Shown one piece after another: positions 10,869 through 20,742 of a stretch of DNA of 64,000 nucleotides. The stretch's first letter is position 1. The number at the start of each line of letters is the position of its first letter. A program made the position numbers and the translations under genes. The stretch comes from Phormidesmis sp. (GTDB taxonomy: Bacteria; Cyanobacteriota; Cyanobacteriia; Leptolyngbyales; Leptolyngbyaceae): assembly GCA_965248535.1 (NCBI GenBank), contig CBDFJR010000002.1:64001-128000 (forward strand), given 5' to 3'. Under the pieces are notes generated by a model. It was not told the origin of the DNA. It was given only the letters and a program-made list of their open reading frames with translations, and did not search any database.

Positions 10869-11153
10869 ATGTTGATCTTTATTCTTGTCATTGTCATTGC
10901 TCTCGTCGCCTGGTCTCTGCAACTGATGCAAGAGGCGGTCGAGCAGCGTGAATTTTCTCTCATGTTGGCAGGCACCCTTGTGGCATCTTCGGCCGCCGCA
11001 TTGATGACTGTTTATTTTTTAATGGGCGATTATGTGGGTCACATGGTTCAGATGTCTCATGACACGTCTGCTTACTACAGCCAGCCCTATGAGTCAGTCA
11101 CTTGGTCTTTAAATCAAGAAGAATTAGAAGACGCTCAGGCTTACTATCAGTGA
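10869..11153 (+). CDS. Small two-TM hypothetical protein
   Basis: Two hydrophobic helices, QREFSLMLAG segment. Confidence 0.6.
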   Translation: MLIFILVIVIALVAWSLQLMQEAVEQREFSLMLAGTLVASSAAALMTVYFLMGDYVGHMVQMSHDTSAYYSQPYESVTWSLNQEELEDAQAYYQ

Positions 11154-11302
11154 AGCTGACCAGCTTGAATAAATAGGTGTGCGGTTCTGTGGGATTTTAG
11201 GAGCGATCGCTCCATCCATAAGAGAATGACAAGGTGGGTAATGCCCATCTTATTTTTTGGATTGAGTTTGACTACTGTCTCTGATTCCTGGTTTCTAGCC
11301 TC

Positions 11303-12565
11303 ATGAGTTACTACATTTCTCCTCGCTTTCTCGACAAGCTTTCGGTTCACATCACCAAAAACTATTTAAACCTTCCTCAGGTCAAAGTGCCATTGATTCT
11401 GGGCGTTCACGGCCGCAAAGGAGAGGGCAAGTCATTTCAGTGCGAAGTGGTTTTTGAGCGCATGGGAGTCGAAGCCGTTTATATGTCAGCCGGAGAGCTA
11501 GAAAGCCCAGATGCAGGCGACCCGGCGCGGTTGATTCGGCTGCGCTATCGCGAGGCGGCAGATATTGTCAAAGTCCGGGGCAAAATGGCGGTGCTGATGA
11601 TCAACGACATTGACGCGGGTGCAGGTCGCGTTGATCAGTTCACGCAATACACGGTGAATACGCAGTTAGTGCACGGCACCTTGATGAATATTGCCGATAA
11701 CCCGACCAATGTGCAGCTTCCGGGCAGCTATGAGATCGAGCCGATTCAGCGCATTCCAATTATCGTCACGGGCAACGATCTAGGCACGCTCTATGCCCCG
11801 TTGACGCGAGACGGACGCATGGAAAAGTTTTTTTGGGAACCCGATCGCGACGATCGCATCGGCATCGTCAGCGGCATTTTTGAAGTTGACTCCATGGCTC
11901 GTCGCGACATTGAGCAATTAGTTGATGCGTTTTCTGACCAATCGATCGACTTTTATGGGGCGCTACGATCGCGCCTCTATGATGAGCAGGTTCGCAAACT
12001 CATTCAAGAAGTGGGACTAGATCACATTTCCATGCGGGTAGTGAATAGTGCCGATCGTCCGCCAGAGTTTCGCAAACCCGATTTCACGCTGTCTCACCTT
12101 CTAGAGCTTGGGCAGTTGATGGTCGGTGAGCAAAAACGACTCAAAGAGACGCGGCTAGTTGACGAATATAATCGCGTGTTTGGCAATCGCAAGCTGGGCG
12201 AAGTCAACCAAATGCCCTCTCCTCCAACCCTCGACCAGCCCAACGGACACACGCCCCCAACCAGTAGCTATAGCGGTCAACCGTCTAGCACGCGCCTCAA
12301 CCCAGAAATGGTAGGTGAAGTGAATCGGATTCTGGGACAGGGACACCGCCTCGGCATTGAGTTTGTAGACGATCGCCGCTTTCGCAGCAATTCTTGGAGT
12401 TGCTATGGCACCTTTGAGGGCAACGGAGCCGATGCGATCGCTGCTTTAGAGTCTTGTCTTGCTGACCATCCGCGAGATTATGTGCGGCTTGTGGGCGTTG
12501 ATTTGCGCGATCGTCGCCGAATGATCGAAACCATTGTTCATCGTCCTGATAGCAAACCTGTCTGA
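11303..12565 (+). CDS. rca: Rubisco activase (cyanobacterial activase-like AAA+ with C-terminal RbcS-like domain)
   Basis: Walker A GRKGEGKS, SAGELES, INDIDAGAGR, YAPLTRDGRMEKF; Pro/Ser linker; SSUL domain (EFVDDRRFRSNSW, YVRLVGVD). Confidence 0.92.
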   Translation: MSYYISPRFLDKLSVHITKNYLNLPQVKVPLILGVHGRKGEGKSFQCEVVFERMGVEAVYMSAGELESPDAGDPARLIRLRYREAADIVKVRGKMAVLMINDIDAGAGRVDQFTQYTVNTQLVHGTLMNIADNPTNVQLPGSYEIEPIQRIPIIVTGNDLGTLYAPLTRDGRMEKFFWEPDRDDRIGIVSGIFEVDSMARRDIEQLVDAFSDQSIDFYGALRSRLYDEQVRKLIQEVGLDHISMRVVNSADRPPEFRKPDFTLSHLLELGQLMVGEQKRLKETRLVDEYNRVFGNRKLGEVNQMPSPPTLDQPNGHTPPTSSYSGQPSSTRLNPEMVGEVNRILGQGHRLGIEFVDDRRFRSNSWSCYGTFEGNGADAIAALESCLADHPRDYVRLVGVDLRDRRRMIETIVHRPDSKPV

Positions 12566-12581
12566 TCAGAAATCTTTAGGG

Positions 12582-12978
12582 TTATTGAGTCCCGATCGCC
12601 AGTCGTACTCCTGGAAGCGATCGCAGCCGATCCATCACTGTGATCACCTGCCCATGACTGACGCGGCGATCGGCCTCAATCACCACCAAAATCTGACGGT
12701 TTTTACCTCTGATCCCCTGAACCTGCTCGTCTAAATCGCTGAGTTGAATGGGCTTGCGATTGAGGGACAGCTTGCCGCTTTGGTCGATCGTCACCGTCAC
12801 TTGAGCCGATTTTTGAGCTTCAGCCGTTGCCGCAGTCGGAAGGTTAACGGGCAACCCCTGAGAGCGCGATCAAAAAAAGCGTAGACATAATAAAAAACGT
12901 CAGCAGCGCAAAGATCACATCGATCATTGGCACAATGTAAATCTGAGGCGGCAGATCAGGTTCTTCAGGTAGACGCAT
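12582..12978 (-). CDS. exbD: ExbD/TolR protein with an extra base near 12869
   Basis: ATG at 12978 gives MRLPEEPDLPPQIYIVPMIDVIFALLTFFIMSTLFL; removing one base joins TRSQGLPVNLP and ORF 12582..12854 (396 nt). Confidence 0.85.
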
Positions 12979-13612
12979 AGGAACTTTCCCCCTTTTCGTG
13001 GCGACGACGATACAGCAGTTCTAGCTGCCCACCATATTCTTGAATCAGCGCAATCTGGCGAATATATAACCCTCGAAAGGTGTTGGCAAAGAGGAGGGTG
13101 ACGATCGCCACCACCAACCCCGATGCTGTCGAAATTAATGCCTCACTGATTCCACCTGTTACGTTAGCCGTGTTGGTGCTGCCGACATCGCCCAGTCGCA
13201 GCGAGGCAAAAGAGGTAATCAATCCCAAAATCGTGCCCAACAGCCCCAGCAGAGGCGCAAGGCTGATAATCGTTTCAAAAACAGTGTTGAAGCGCTTTAA
13301 CAGGGGGATCTCTGCCTGAGCAGCGCTTTCTAAGGCTAACCGAAACTCTTCGGAGGTCGCTTCTTCTAGCTCTAGCGCCGCCATAAAAATGCGGGCAACG
13401 GGCAGATCAGCATTTTGCTCCAGCATCAAAAAAGCGGCTCTAGGACTGCGTTTGTAAAGGACTAACGTTTCTCGAAGCACCCGATCGTGGCGCTTTCTAA
13501 CCTTTGACCAAAAAATAATTCGTTCCAAAATCAGGGCGACCGCCAAGATCGAAAATCCGAGCAGGGGGATCATGACCACGCCGCCAGAAGCAAACCAGTT
13601 ACTAGACCCCAT
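12965..13612 (-). CDS. exbB: ExbB/TolQ/MotA proton channel
   Basis: APLLGLLGTILG, GGISEALISTASGL. Confidence 0.9.
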   Translation of the reverse strand: MGSSNWFASGGVVMIPLLGFSILAVALILERIIFWSKVRKRHDRVLRETLVLYKRSPRAAFLMLEQNADLPVARIFMAALELEEATSEEFRLALESAAQAEIPLLKRFNTVFETIISLAPLLGLLGTILGLITSFASLRLGDVGSTNTANVTGGISEALISTASGLVVAIVTLLFANTFRGLYIRQIALIQEYGGQLELLYRRRHEKGESSYAST

Positions 13613-13702
13613 ACGATCGTTCAGCCACTTGAGTCACGAGGGTTCATTTTAGTGCTTCGTGGGCTTCATCGCTACAATTCTCAAAGAATGCCACAGGAAG
13701 AT

Positions 13703-14494
13703 TCAGGCGGTGTTAGGAAAGCGCTCAATCTGAGCATAGCCGCTAAAAATCAGGTGATTTCCCTGGGTTTCAAGACGATTAATGCGAAGCAACACGCCAT
13801 CTAGATCAAAGCGATCGAGATCAACCATGTTGTCCAAAATCTCGGCAAACGCCATCGTCAACACTTCTGAAATGCTGCGTAGCTCTTCGGGAACGGCTTC
13901 TGGCTCGAACTGGGGATTCTGGAAGGAAACACGCCGCCGCCGCTCGATCGCCAACGTTGCTGTCATGCTAACGGGCAAGACGTTGTTGGGCAGCAATGCT
14001 TTTGCAAAGATTTGAATTTTGTTTTCGGGCAAAAGCTTGAGGGCAATGTCTGAAAAGGAGACAGGCTCACCCCCTGACAGGTTCATCAGGGCGGGTTCGG
14101 TCACGTTTTGCAGTCGCTTGACGACTAGCTCAGACTTAAAGGCCTCGTTGATGCCTGCTTCGGTGAGCGTAATTTGAGCGATCGCTTGAGTTGGCTGCTT
14201 GAGCCGAATCTTGCCACTGAGGACTGAGCCAAAGTCGAGGGCGACTGCATCGGTCTCAAAGCGCATCTCTTCGACCCAAAAATCTTTGCGAATTAACAAC
14301 CCGCTGCCGCCCATCTTAAAGCTGTCAAGACTGCCCTGCAACAGCTTGCTAGAAGGCGAACACCGAATCGAAACGTCAACAGACTCACTTTTTGAAAATA
14401 AGCGACGAATGGACTCACTCGCAACCTTGTTTAGCATTCGTTCACCAAAGTCGGTGCCCGGAGCAGTTTTTAGATTTGTGAAGCCATTGAGCAT
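13703..14494 (-). CDS. DUF2993 (LmeA-like) domain protein
   Basis: SSKLLQGSLDSFKM, LTEAGINEAF, VDLDRFDLDG resemble cyanobacterial DUF2993 proteins. Confidence 0.7.
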   Translation of the reverse strand: MLNGFTNLKTAPGTDFGERMLNKVASESIRRLFSKSESVDVSIRCSPSSKLLQGSLDSFKMGGSGLLIRKDFWVEEMRFETDAVALDFGSVLSGKIRLKQPTQAIAQITLTEAGINEAFKSELVVKRLQNVTEPALMNLSGGEPVSFSDIALKLLPENKIQIFAKALLPNNVLPVSMTATLAIERRRRVSFQNPQFEPEAVPEELRSISEVLTMAFAEILDNMVDLDRFDLDGVLLRINRLETQGNHLIFSGYAQIERFPNTA

Positions 14495-14834
14495 AGTTCT
14501 ATTTGCAACGGTTCTTTACTAGTTTGTATCAGATTGTAAAGAGCCGTCAATTCTTGACTTGATCGGCTTCGACTAAAAATAAGGAGAAACCAGAGGTGAT
14601 TAAACTTCAATTAAAGGGGGTGAGCAGCACAACTGACTGCTGGAATGATTGTAACGTTTAGTCTTTGCTTCAAGGGTCTAAATGCCAGCTTGAGTCATAA
14701 AATTTCTTTATGTTTCGTAACAAGTTGTCTTATTCCTTCATATCAACAAGATCATCCTTTGGCTAGACGTTAAGACATTTTAAGTGAGGTTCGGTTGAGT
14801 CGTTGGCTGTTAACCCTGATGGGTGATATTCACG

Positions 14835-15167
14835 ATGTCTAGATTTTTGGCGATCGCTCTGTCTTGGTTACTCGTTCTACCCTTACAGGCTTGCTCTCCG
14901 GCGCAGGCACAAGCCGGGCTTGATTCTCGTGTCTCAAGACTGGAGACTGATTTGATCGGCATTCAAACTCGCCTTAATCAGATCGAGTCCAACCGTTCGA
15001 GGCAAGGGGTGTCTGCGCCTGCGCCTCTGGCATCTTCTGGCGATCGCCGAGGAGACAGGCGCATCTCTGCCGATCCACAATTTGATCGACTAGCAACCCT
15101 AGTGATCGAACTTAAAGAAAGAGTCACTAGCTTAGAAACACGCCTTGGTAAGCTGGAACGCCGTTAA
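14835..15167 (+). CDS. Hypothetical coiled-coil lipoprotein
   Basis: Signal peptide with lipobox LQAC; QFDRLATLVIELKERV coiled coil. Confidence 0.65.
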   Translation: MSRFLAIALSWLLVLPLQACSPAQAQAGLDSRVSRLETDLIGIQTRLNQIESNRSRQGVSAPAPLASSGDRRGDRRISADPQFDRLATLVIELKERVTSLETRLGKLERR

Positions 15168-15309
15168 AGAGACGCGAATTTTCTAGCCAATTGACTACAT
15201 TTTTTAAAGAGAAACTCTGAGCGATCGAGACACCCTTGAGGATAGTTTGAATATTTGTTAACTTTATTAAAGCGATAGTAAAATGTCTTTTTGAAACACT
15301 AATTATTCT

Positions 15310-16017
15310 TTGGGCACTATGTCTCATCAATGCGCCCCGTTCGCCTTGAGCTTAACGTCTCTAGAAGCCACAGAGACGGTCGATCTGCAAAATCAGATTC
15401 GATCGCAAAAAAAGTTAGTGGCAGCGATCGAGCGGCGAGTCGGACGGTCACTCACCTCGATTCAGACTCATCTAACCCAACTCAATCAACTATTTCATGA
15501 CTCATCTGAGTGGCAGATTAACATCGCGTCGATGGCGGCCGAGCTTCAGCAGTTAGGAGATTTGCTGGCCGATGCCACCCTGCTGCAAAAAATAGAAGCT
15601 GGAAAAGTCACCGTCCAGCTAGAAGTTTTAGAGTTGCCTCTGCTGTTAGATTGCGTGAGTCGTCATCTTCTCGCCCCCAAAGGCAAGACTCCGCGTTTGA
15701 TTTGCAAGGTTCCGGCAACTTTACCCGCCATTATTGCCGATCGTGACCTGCTCGAAGAAGTTTTAACCAATCTTTTGGGTCGATCGCTCAAATATTCTGA
15801 CCCAGATGTAACCACCATTTTAGAAGTCACTCCCCTGGGTTCACAGATGACCATTAGCATTATTGCCCAACGATTTGCCCCGGCGGGTCATCAAGACTTT
15901 GCGCCAGAGATTGCCCTCTGCTGCAAACAAGTTGCAGTCCAAAGCGGAGAAGTCACCTGTCAAATGCCCTCTGCCGACTCGACGATCGTCACGGTGATTT
16001 TGCCGATCGCAGACTGA
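15310..16017 (+). CDS. Degenerate histidine kinase-like protein
   Basis: HisKA-like helices ending LQKIEAGK, ADRDLLEEVLTNLLGRSLKYS, terminal STIVTVILP; H-box His and G boxes not recognisable. Confidence 0.65.
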   Translation: MGTMSHQCAPFALSLTSLEATETVDLQNQIRSQKKLVAAIERRVGRSLTSIQTHLTQLNQLFHDSSEWQINIASMAAELQQLGDLLADATLLQKIEAGKVTVQLEVLELPLLLDCVSRHLLAPKGKTPRLICKVPATLPAIIADRDLLEEVLTNLLGRSLKYSDPDVTTILEVTPLGSQMTISIIAQRFAPAGHQDFAPEIALCCKQVAVQSGEVTCQMPSADSTIVTVILPIAD

Positions 16018-16433
16018 CAATAAAGTCTTCTCAACTTAAAAACAAGCTCGTTCTCTCTAAACCCCATAGCTAGAGATAGTGATTAACACCTAGCCGTGGT
16101 TGTCAACTTTTTTGATCTTCGACTCCAAATCAGCCTGTTTTTGTCTGAGTAGATCTGTTGAGACTCTGTAAGTTCACACAGTAGAGTTTAAAGAACTCAT
16201 AAACCCCTTAAAGGCTGCAAACAGAATAGTGAATTTATCATAAACAAAGAAGTTTTTTTGGCTCATTGCTGAAGTAAATTAACGGAGTTTGTAGAGAGCT
16301 TTTATGAATCTAAAGTCAACGATTTCAGAAATGAAATTATTGATAACTTCAGTACTTTCTCTCAAAGGATTCTCTTCATTGCTGCGCTCATAATGACGGT
16401 TGCAAGGTCAGATATAGGCGAGAACCCGAATCC

Positions 16434-17204
16434 ATGAAACTCATCAATGTTTTTTGTATAGCAGCAGTAGGAACCTTTGCAGCGCTTGGCTATTCGAGTT
16501 CTGCTCAAGCTATCTCCTTTAAGATCACCAGCGGCGTTCCTGGTTTAAATGGAGAAACAAATCAAGGTGCATTCTCCGAGTTTTCTAAGTTAAAAGAGAC
16601 CACCACGATCGACTTCAACTCAGGCAAAGTTCCCACCACTGGATTTGCTAAATACTCGTTTGGAAATGCCGCGGGCGCTAGCAGCGTTCGTGCTGATAGG
16701 TGGGCACCTGCGGGGTCAACGGGTCAAGAAAACAAATCCAGCTATTTGGCAGTTTTTAACGGCGATGCTGCAACGATCAAGCTGGAAAAAACTCTCAACT
16801 ATTTTGGCATCGACTGGGGTGCAGTAAGTGCAAACAACACGTTCTCTTTCTACAAGAGTGGTGCAAGCGGCAGTGATGCCCTAGTCAAGTCTTTTACCAC
16901 GGCTGACATTCTCAACAACAGCGCTTTATTCAAAGCCTCATGGCAAGGTGGAGAAGGCAACGGCTATGTCCACTTCTACTCCGACAGCAACGCAGACAAT
17001 TTTGACAAAATTGTGATTTCTCAATCGAGCACGATCGGGGGCGGTTTTGAATCTGACAATCACTCCTTTCATCAAGGAACAGGCAAGTTTGATTTTGACG
17101 AAAATCTCAAAGCTAAGTCGGTTCCCGAACCGAGCCTTGCGTTGGGGCTGCTAGCAACAAGCGCTATGCTGCTGTGGAAACGCAAGACCGAGAAAGCTTC
17201 CTAA
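16434..17204 (+). CDS. PEP-CTERM exosortase-target surface protein (Npun_F0296-like)
   Basis: Signal peptide, YFGIDWG, GGFESDNH, C-terminal VPEP + TM + KRK. Confidence 0.88.
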   Translation: MKLINVFCIAAVGTFAALGYSSSAQAISFKITSGVPGLNGETNQGAFSEFSKLKETTTIDFNSGKVPTTGFAKYSFGNAAGASSVRADRWAPAGSTGQENKSSYLAVFNGDAATIKLEKTLNYFGIDWGAVSANNTFSFYKSGASGSDALVKSFTTADILNNSALFKASWQGGEGNGYVHFYSDSNADNFDKIVISQSSTIGGGFESDNHSFHQGTGKFDFDENLKAKSVPEPSLALGLLATSAMLLWKRKTEKAS

Positions 17205-17245
17205 ACGTCATCTAGCCGTCTGAAGTCTAGATTCAAAAAATCTAA

Positions 17246-17288
17246 AATCGGCGTAAGGGCACGGTAATGCTGTGCCCTTACGCCGATT
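17246..17288. terminator. Long REP-like hairpin between convergent genes, probable bidirectional terminator
   Basis: AATCGGCGTAAGGGCACGG pairs with CTGTGCCCTTACGCCGATT. Confidence 0.7.
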
Positions 17289-17291
17289 AGA

Positions 17292-18470
17292 CTATTGACT
17301 ATCAGAGGGAGCGATCAGTTGACCGTTTCTGGTAAGTTTGAGGGTTCGCCCGCGCCATTTAACCCGATCGCCGACAAACCCATAGCACCACAGGGCAAAT
17401 CGCAGCAGATCGCTCAAAGGCACCAGCCAAAAAAGTTTTTTGACCACCGGATCGTTGAGCACCTGAACGCCAATCATCCAAGCGAGGGCGAGTCTAGATA
17501 GCCACGTCACTCCTAACACAAACCAACCCAAGGGCGAGGCTTGCAGAGTCAACAAGCTCACCAAACTGGCCACCGTGCCAAAGGTAAAAATCTGTCCCGC
17601 GTAGCCGAGAGGTTGGCAGACACGAATGCCGCGATTCCATCGGGTCTGATGCTGAATTAGCTCAATAAATCCCTGGGTGTCTAACTGGTGATCGACAACG
17701 TAGCGAGATAGCACCACCTGATAGCCTGCATTGGCGGGCATTCGCCCCAAGTGAAAGTCATCGTGGAGATAATTGGCAACGGATTGAAATCCCCCGATCG
17801 CCTCTAAAACAGAGTCACGAATTACAATAGTTGCGCCAATGCCAAAGTTCATGCCCGATAATTTTCGAGACACTAACGTTGTTGGGGCTAACTCAGTTGA
17901 GATGCCCAAAGCCTCAAAATCGGCCATGCCTCCCTGAGCAACTGACCGATACATACAGGTCACAACTCCCACTGCTGGGTTAGATAGGGGCTGCACAACG
18001 GTGATTAGATAATCTGAGCCGACGTGAATATCGCTGTCTGAAATCAGCAAAATTGGGTGAATGGCTTTGGATCGAGCATTAGCTAAGTTGCTAATTTTTA
18101 GATTAGTTCCAATGGTGCGATCGCTGATCACCAAACAAGTTTTGATCGCTGGAAAGTCCTGGATAATTTGTTTCACTACAGGCACAACGGGATCAAGAGG
18201 ATCTTGCACCCCAAAAATAATCTGATAATCAGGATAGTCTTGACGACAAAATGACGCGAGATTTTCGTAGGTGTCGCTGTCTAGCCCGCACAAGGGTTTG
18301 AGAATGCTAACGGGCGGATGAAACTCAGGCGTAACTTGCTTTGGCTGTGACAAGAAATCGATCGCCGAATAAATCCCCAGACCAGCATAAAAAATTGCTA
18401 CTAAACACCACACCACAGGCACCAAGCGCACCCAATCGCCAAACTCTGCCAAACGAAGAACTAATAGCAT
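17292..18470 (-). CDS. hpnI: Hopanoid glycosyltransferase HpnI, copy 2
   Basis: SILKPLCG, GTNLKISNL, SDSD, QTRW; in operon with hpnJK. Confidence 0.85.
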   Translation of the reverse strand: MLLVLRLAEFGDWVRLVPVVWCLVAIFYAGLGIYSAIDFLSQPKQVTPEFHPPVSILKPLCGLDSDTYENLASFCRQDYPDYQIIFGVQDPLDPVVPVVKQIIQDFPAIKTCLVISDRTIGTNLKISNLANARSKAIHPILLISDSDIHVGSDYLITVVQPLSNPAVGVVTCMYRSVAQGGMADFEALGISTELAPTTLVSRKLSGMNFGIGATIVIRDSVLEAIGGFQSVANYLHDDFHLGRMPANAGYQVVLSRYVVDHQLDTQGFIELIQHQTRWNRGIRVCQPLGYAGQIFTFGTVASLVSLLTLQASPLGWFVLGVTWLSRLALAWMIGVQVLNDPVVKKLFWLVPLSDLLRFALWCYGFVGDRVKWRGRTLKLTRNGQLIAPSDSQ

Positions 18471-19375
18471 TAACGGGCCACCGCTCCTAATTGAGAATAA
18501 TTGGTTAACTCAAACCCCTGGCGGTGAATCATAGCCCGCACCCGATCGCTGATCAGGGCATCGCGTTCTGCCTCGCCTAACCCATAAGCTTCGTTGGCAG
18601 GTTCTCCTGCAATAGCAACCGCCGGATGAGCATAGATCTCAACCAGGTTTGAGTGAATGTGAGGAATCAGCTTGAGCAAATAGGCTTCGGTCATGCGACC
18701 ACTGTTGAGCAACCCATAGACCCGATCGACAAACTGAATGTTGCGCGATCGCAGCACCCCCTCTCCATAGCGACGTAGCCCCGCATAGACGATCGAGATC
18801 AGCAATTTTGTCAGCAGATCAGAGCGATCGGCGCTGAGAGAGGCAGAGAGATTTTCGAGCGGAAGCCGCACAAATCGAATCTTGAACTCGTCTGCTAAGT
18901 TAGCCAGATGGCGTAACACTACAGGCTGTAGATGCACATGGACGTGCCCATCGACGTGAGAAAGTGGTAGCCCAGTTTGACAAAATTTTTCTAACTGTGC
19001 CCGCATCTCAAGGGGAATCTCGCGCTGGGCGGCAGCACTAAACTGATAGTAAAGGCCCGCTTTTTCAGGCTGATCTGAGAAATTGCCCTGAGCATCGACC
19101 AAGTGAGGAATTTGGCTCGACGGCAGCAGCGATCGTCCACAGGCTAAAACGAGGTGTAGCCCAACTGCGAGTTGAGGATGGGCTTTTGCCAACATAACCG
19201 CTTCCTCAAATGCCTCGCCCGTCACCATGAGGCTAGTGCTAGTGAGAATGCCGCGATCGTGCGCTTCGATGATGGCTTGATTGACTCCAGACGAAAACCC
19301 AAAATCGTCACCGTTGATGATTAGACGGCGTTTGGGCTGTGGTTCCGATTCATTGAGGTGATTCTCAGAGTCCAA
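18470..19375 (-). CDS. hpnK: Hopanoid deacetylase HpnK (YdjC family)
   Basis: NGDDFG, LTSTSLMV, GLHL, HVDGHVHVH, EIYAHP. Confidence 0.88.
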   Translation of the reverse strand: MDSENHLNESEPQPKRRLIINGDDFGFSSGVNQAIIEAHDRGILTSTSLMVTGEAFEEAVMLAKAHPQLAVGLHLVLACGRSLLPSSQIPHLVDAQGNFSDQPEKAGLYYQFSAAAQREIPLEMRAQLEKFCQTGLPLSHVDGHVHVHLQPVVLRHLANLADEFKIRFVRLPLENLSASLSADRSDLLTKLLISIVYAGLRRYGEGVLRSRNIQFVDRVYGLLNSGRMTEAYLLKLIPHIHSNLVEIYAHPAVAIAGEPANEAYGLGEAERDALISDRVRAMIHRQGFELTNYSQLGAVAR

Positions 19376-19393
19376 TGTTTGTGTGTCCTTTGT

Positions 19394-20593
19394 TCAACCG
19401 ATCGCTGACTTAACTTTTCTAGGCAGATTTGACGGATAGGCAACCAATTCACCCGTTCTCATCAGTTTAAACTGGTGATCGCGCCACCGAATGGTGTTGC
19501 CAATAAAACCATAGCACCATAGCCCAAAACTGATTAGATCACGCAAGTGCACAAGCCAAAGCAATTTTTTCGCAACAGGATCGTGAATGCTTTTAACGCC
19601 GATAAACCACGCCATTGCCAATCGCAGCGTCCATGTGATCATTAAAACAATCCAACCCCAAGGTGACCCGGCTGTGATTAGTAAAAATAAAAGGCTGGCA
19701 ACCGTGCCGTAGGTAAAAATTAATCCTAAATATCCCCACGGGCGCGAAACTCGAATGCCCACCATCCAGCGCAGTTGACGCTGTAAGGCTCCTGCTATTG
19801 TGGGGGTCGCCATCACATGATCAACAATGTGGTGAGACAACACCCCTTGATAGCCCGCTTGAGTGGGTAAATAACCGAGTTGAAAGTCATCGGCTAAATA
19901 ATCCGCGATCGCGGCAAATCCGCCGATTTCTTCTAGCACCGATCGCCGCATGACGATCGTTTGACCCATCGCAAATTTCACCCCTTCTAGCTGATTGCTC
20001 ACCAAAACTCCGGCATGAAACTCCGTTGCCGAACTTAGCGCTTCTAACTGAGTCAGCCACCCTTCGGCGATCGAGCGATAAAGACACGTCACCGACCCCA
20101 CATTGGGATTTTTAAGCGGTTGAATCACCTGCCGTAAATAATTGGGTCCGACATAGACATCGCTATCGGATAGCAAAATAATTTCACCCTCAGCTTTGGT
20201 CATGGCATTAGCCAGGTTGCTGACTTTGCGGTTGGTGCCGATGATGCGATCGCTGACCACTAGCTGAATATCGATCGCTGGAAAGTCTTGAATCAGTTGC
20301 TTGATCACCTCAATCCCAGCATCAGCCCAATCGTGAACCGCAAAGATAATCTGATAGTTGGAATAGTCTTGGCAACAGAATGAAGCAAGATTTTTGTAGG
20401 CATGGCGATCGCGACCGCAAACGGGTTTGAGAATGCTGACCGAAGGCTGAAAGTTAGGATCAATTCGCTCAGGTTGTGAGAAAAATCTCTGCGCTGCATA
20501 AATTGCGTAGCTGTAATAACCGATCGCCGATAAACACAAACCCAATGAAAGAACTATCAGCAAATAATGCAAGAATTCAACAAGACGTGTCAT
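19394..20593 (-). CDS. hpnI: Hopanoid glycosyltransferase HpnI, copy 1
   Basis: SILKPVCG, GTNRKVSNL, SDSD, LADDFQLG, QLRW. Confidence 0.87.
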   Translation of the reverse strand: MTRLVEFLHYLLIVLSLGLCLSAIGYYSYAIYAAQRFFSQPERIDPNFQPSVSILKPVCGRDRHAYKNLASFCCQDYSNYQIIFAVHDWADAGIEVIKQLIQDFPAIDIQLVVSDRIIGTNRKVSNLANAMTKAEGEIILLSDSDVYVGPNYLRQVIQPLKNPNVGSVTCLYRSIAEGWLTQLEALSSATEFHAGVLVSNQLEGVKFAMGQTIVMRRSVLEEIGGFAAIADYLADDFQLGYLPTQAGYQGVLSHHIVDHVMATPTIAGALQRQLRWMVGIRVSRPWGYLGLIFTYGTVASLLFLLITAGSPWGWIVLMITWTLRLAMAWFIGVKSIHDPVAKKLLWLVHLRDLISFGLWCYGFIGNTIRWRDHQFKLMRTGELVAYPSNLPRKVKSAIG

Positions 20594-20742
20594 GGTGGAT
20601 GCAGCGAATTTTTAGATTAATAAGAATTCTGAAATGATCAGGTGAGAGAATTGTTGAGTGACTAGGATCGTGAATTCAGTTAAGCCGGAGCCTGTATCAA
20701 GGATTAACATCACGGAGAACACGATCGAATCCATAATCCCAA

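Noticed and set aside
14522..14538. NtcA box upstream of the DUF2993 gene
   Set aside because: GTA-N8-TAA is only a half match and has no supporting context
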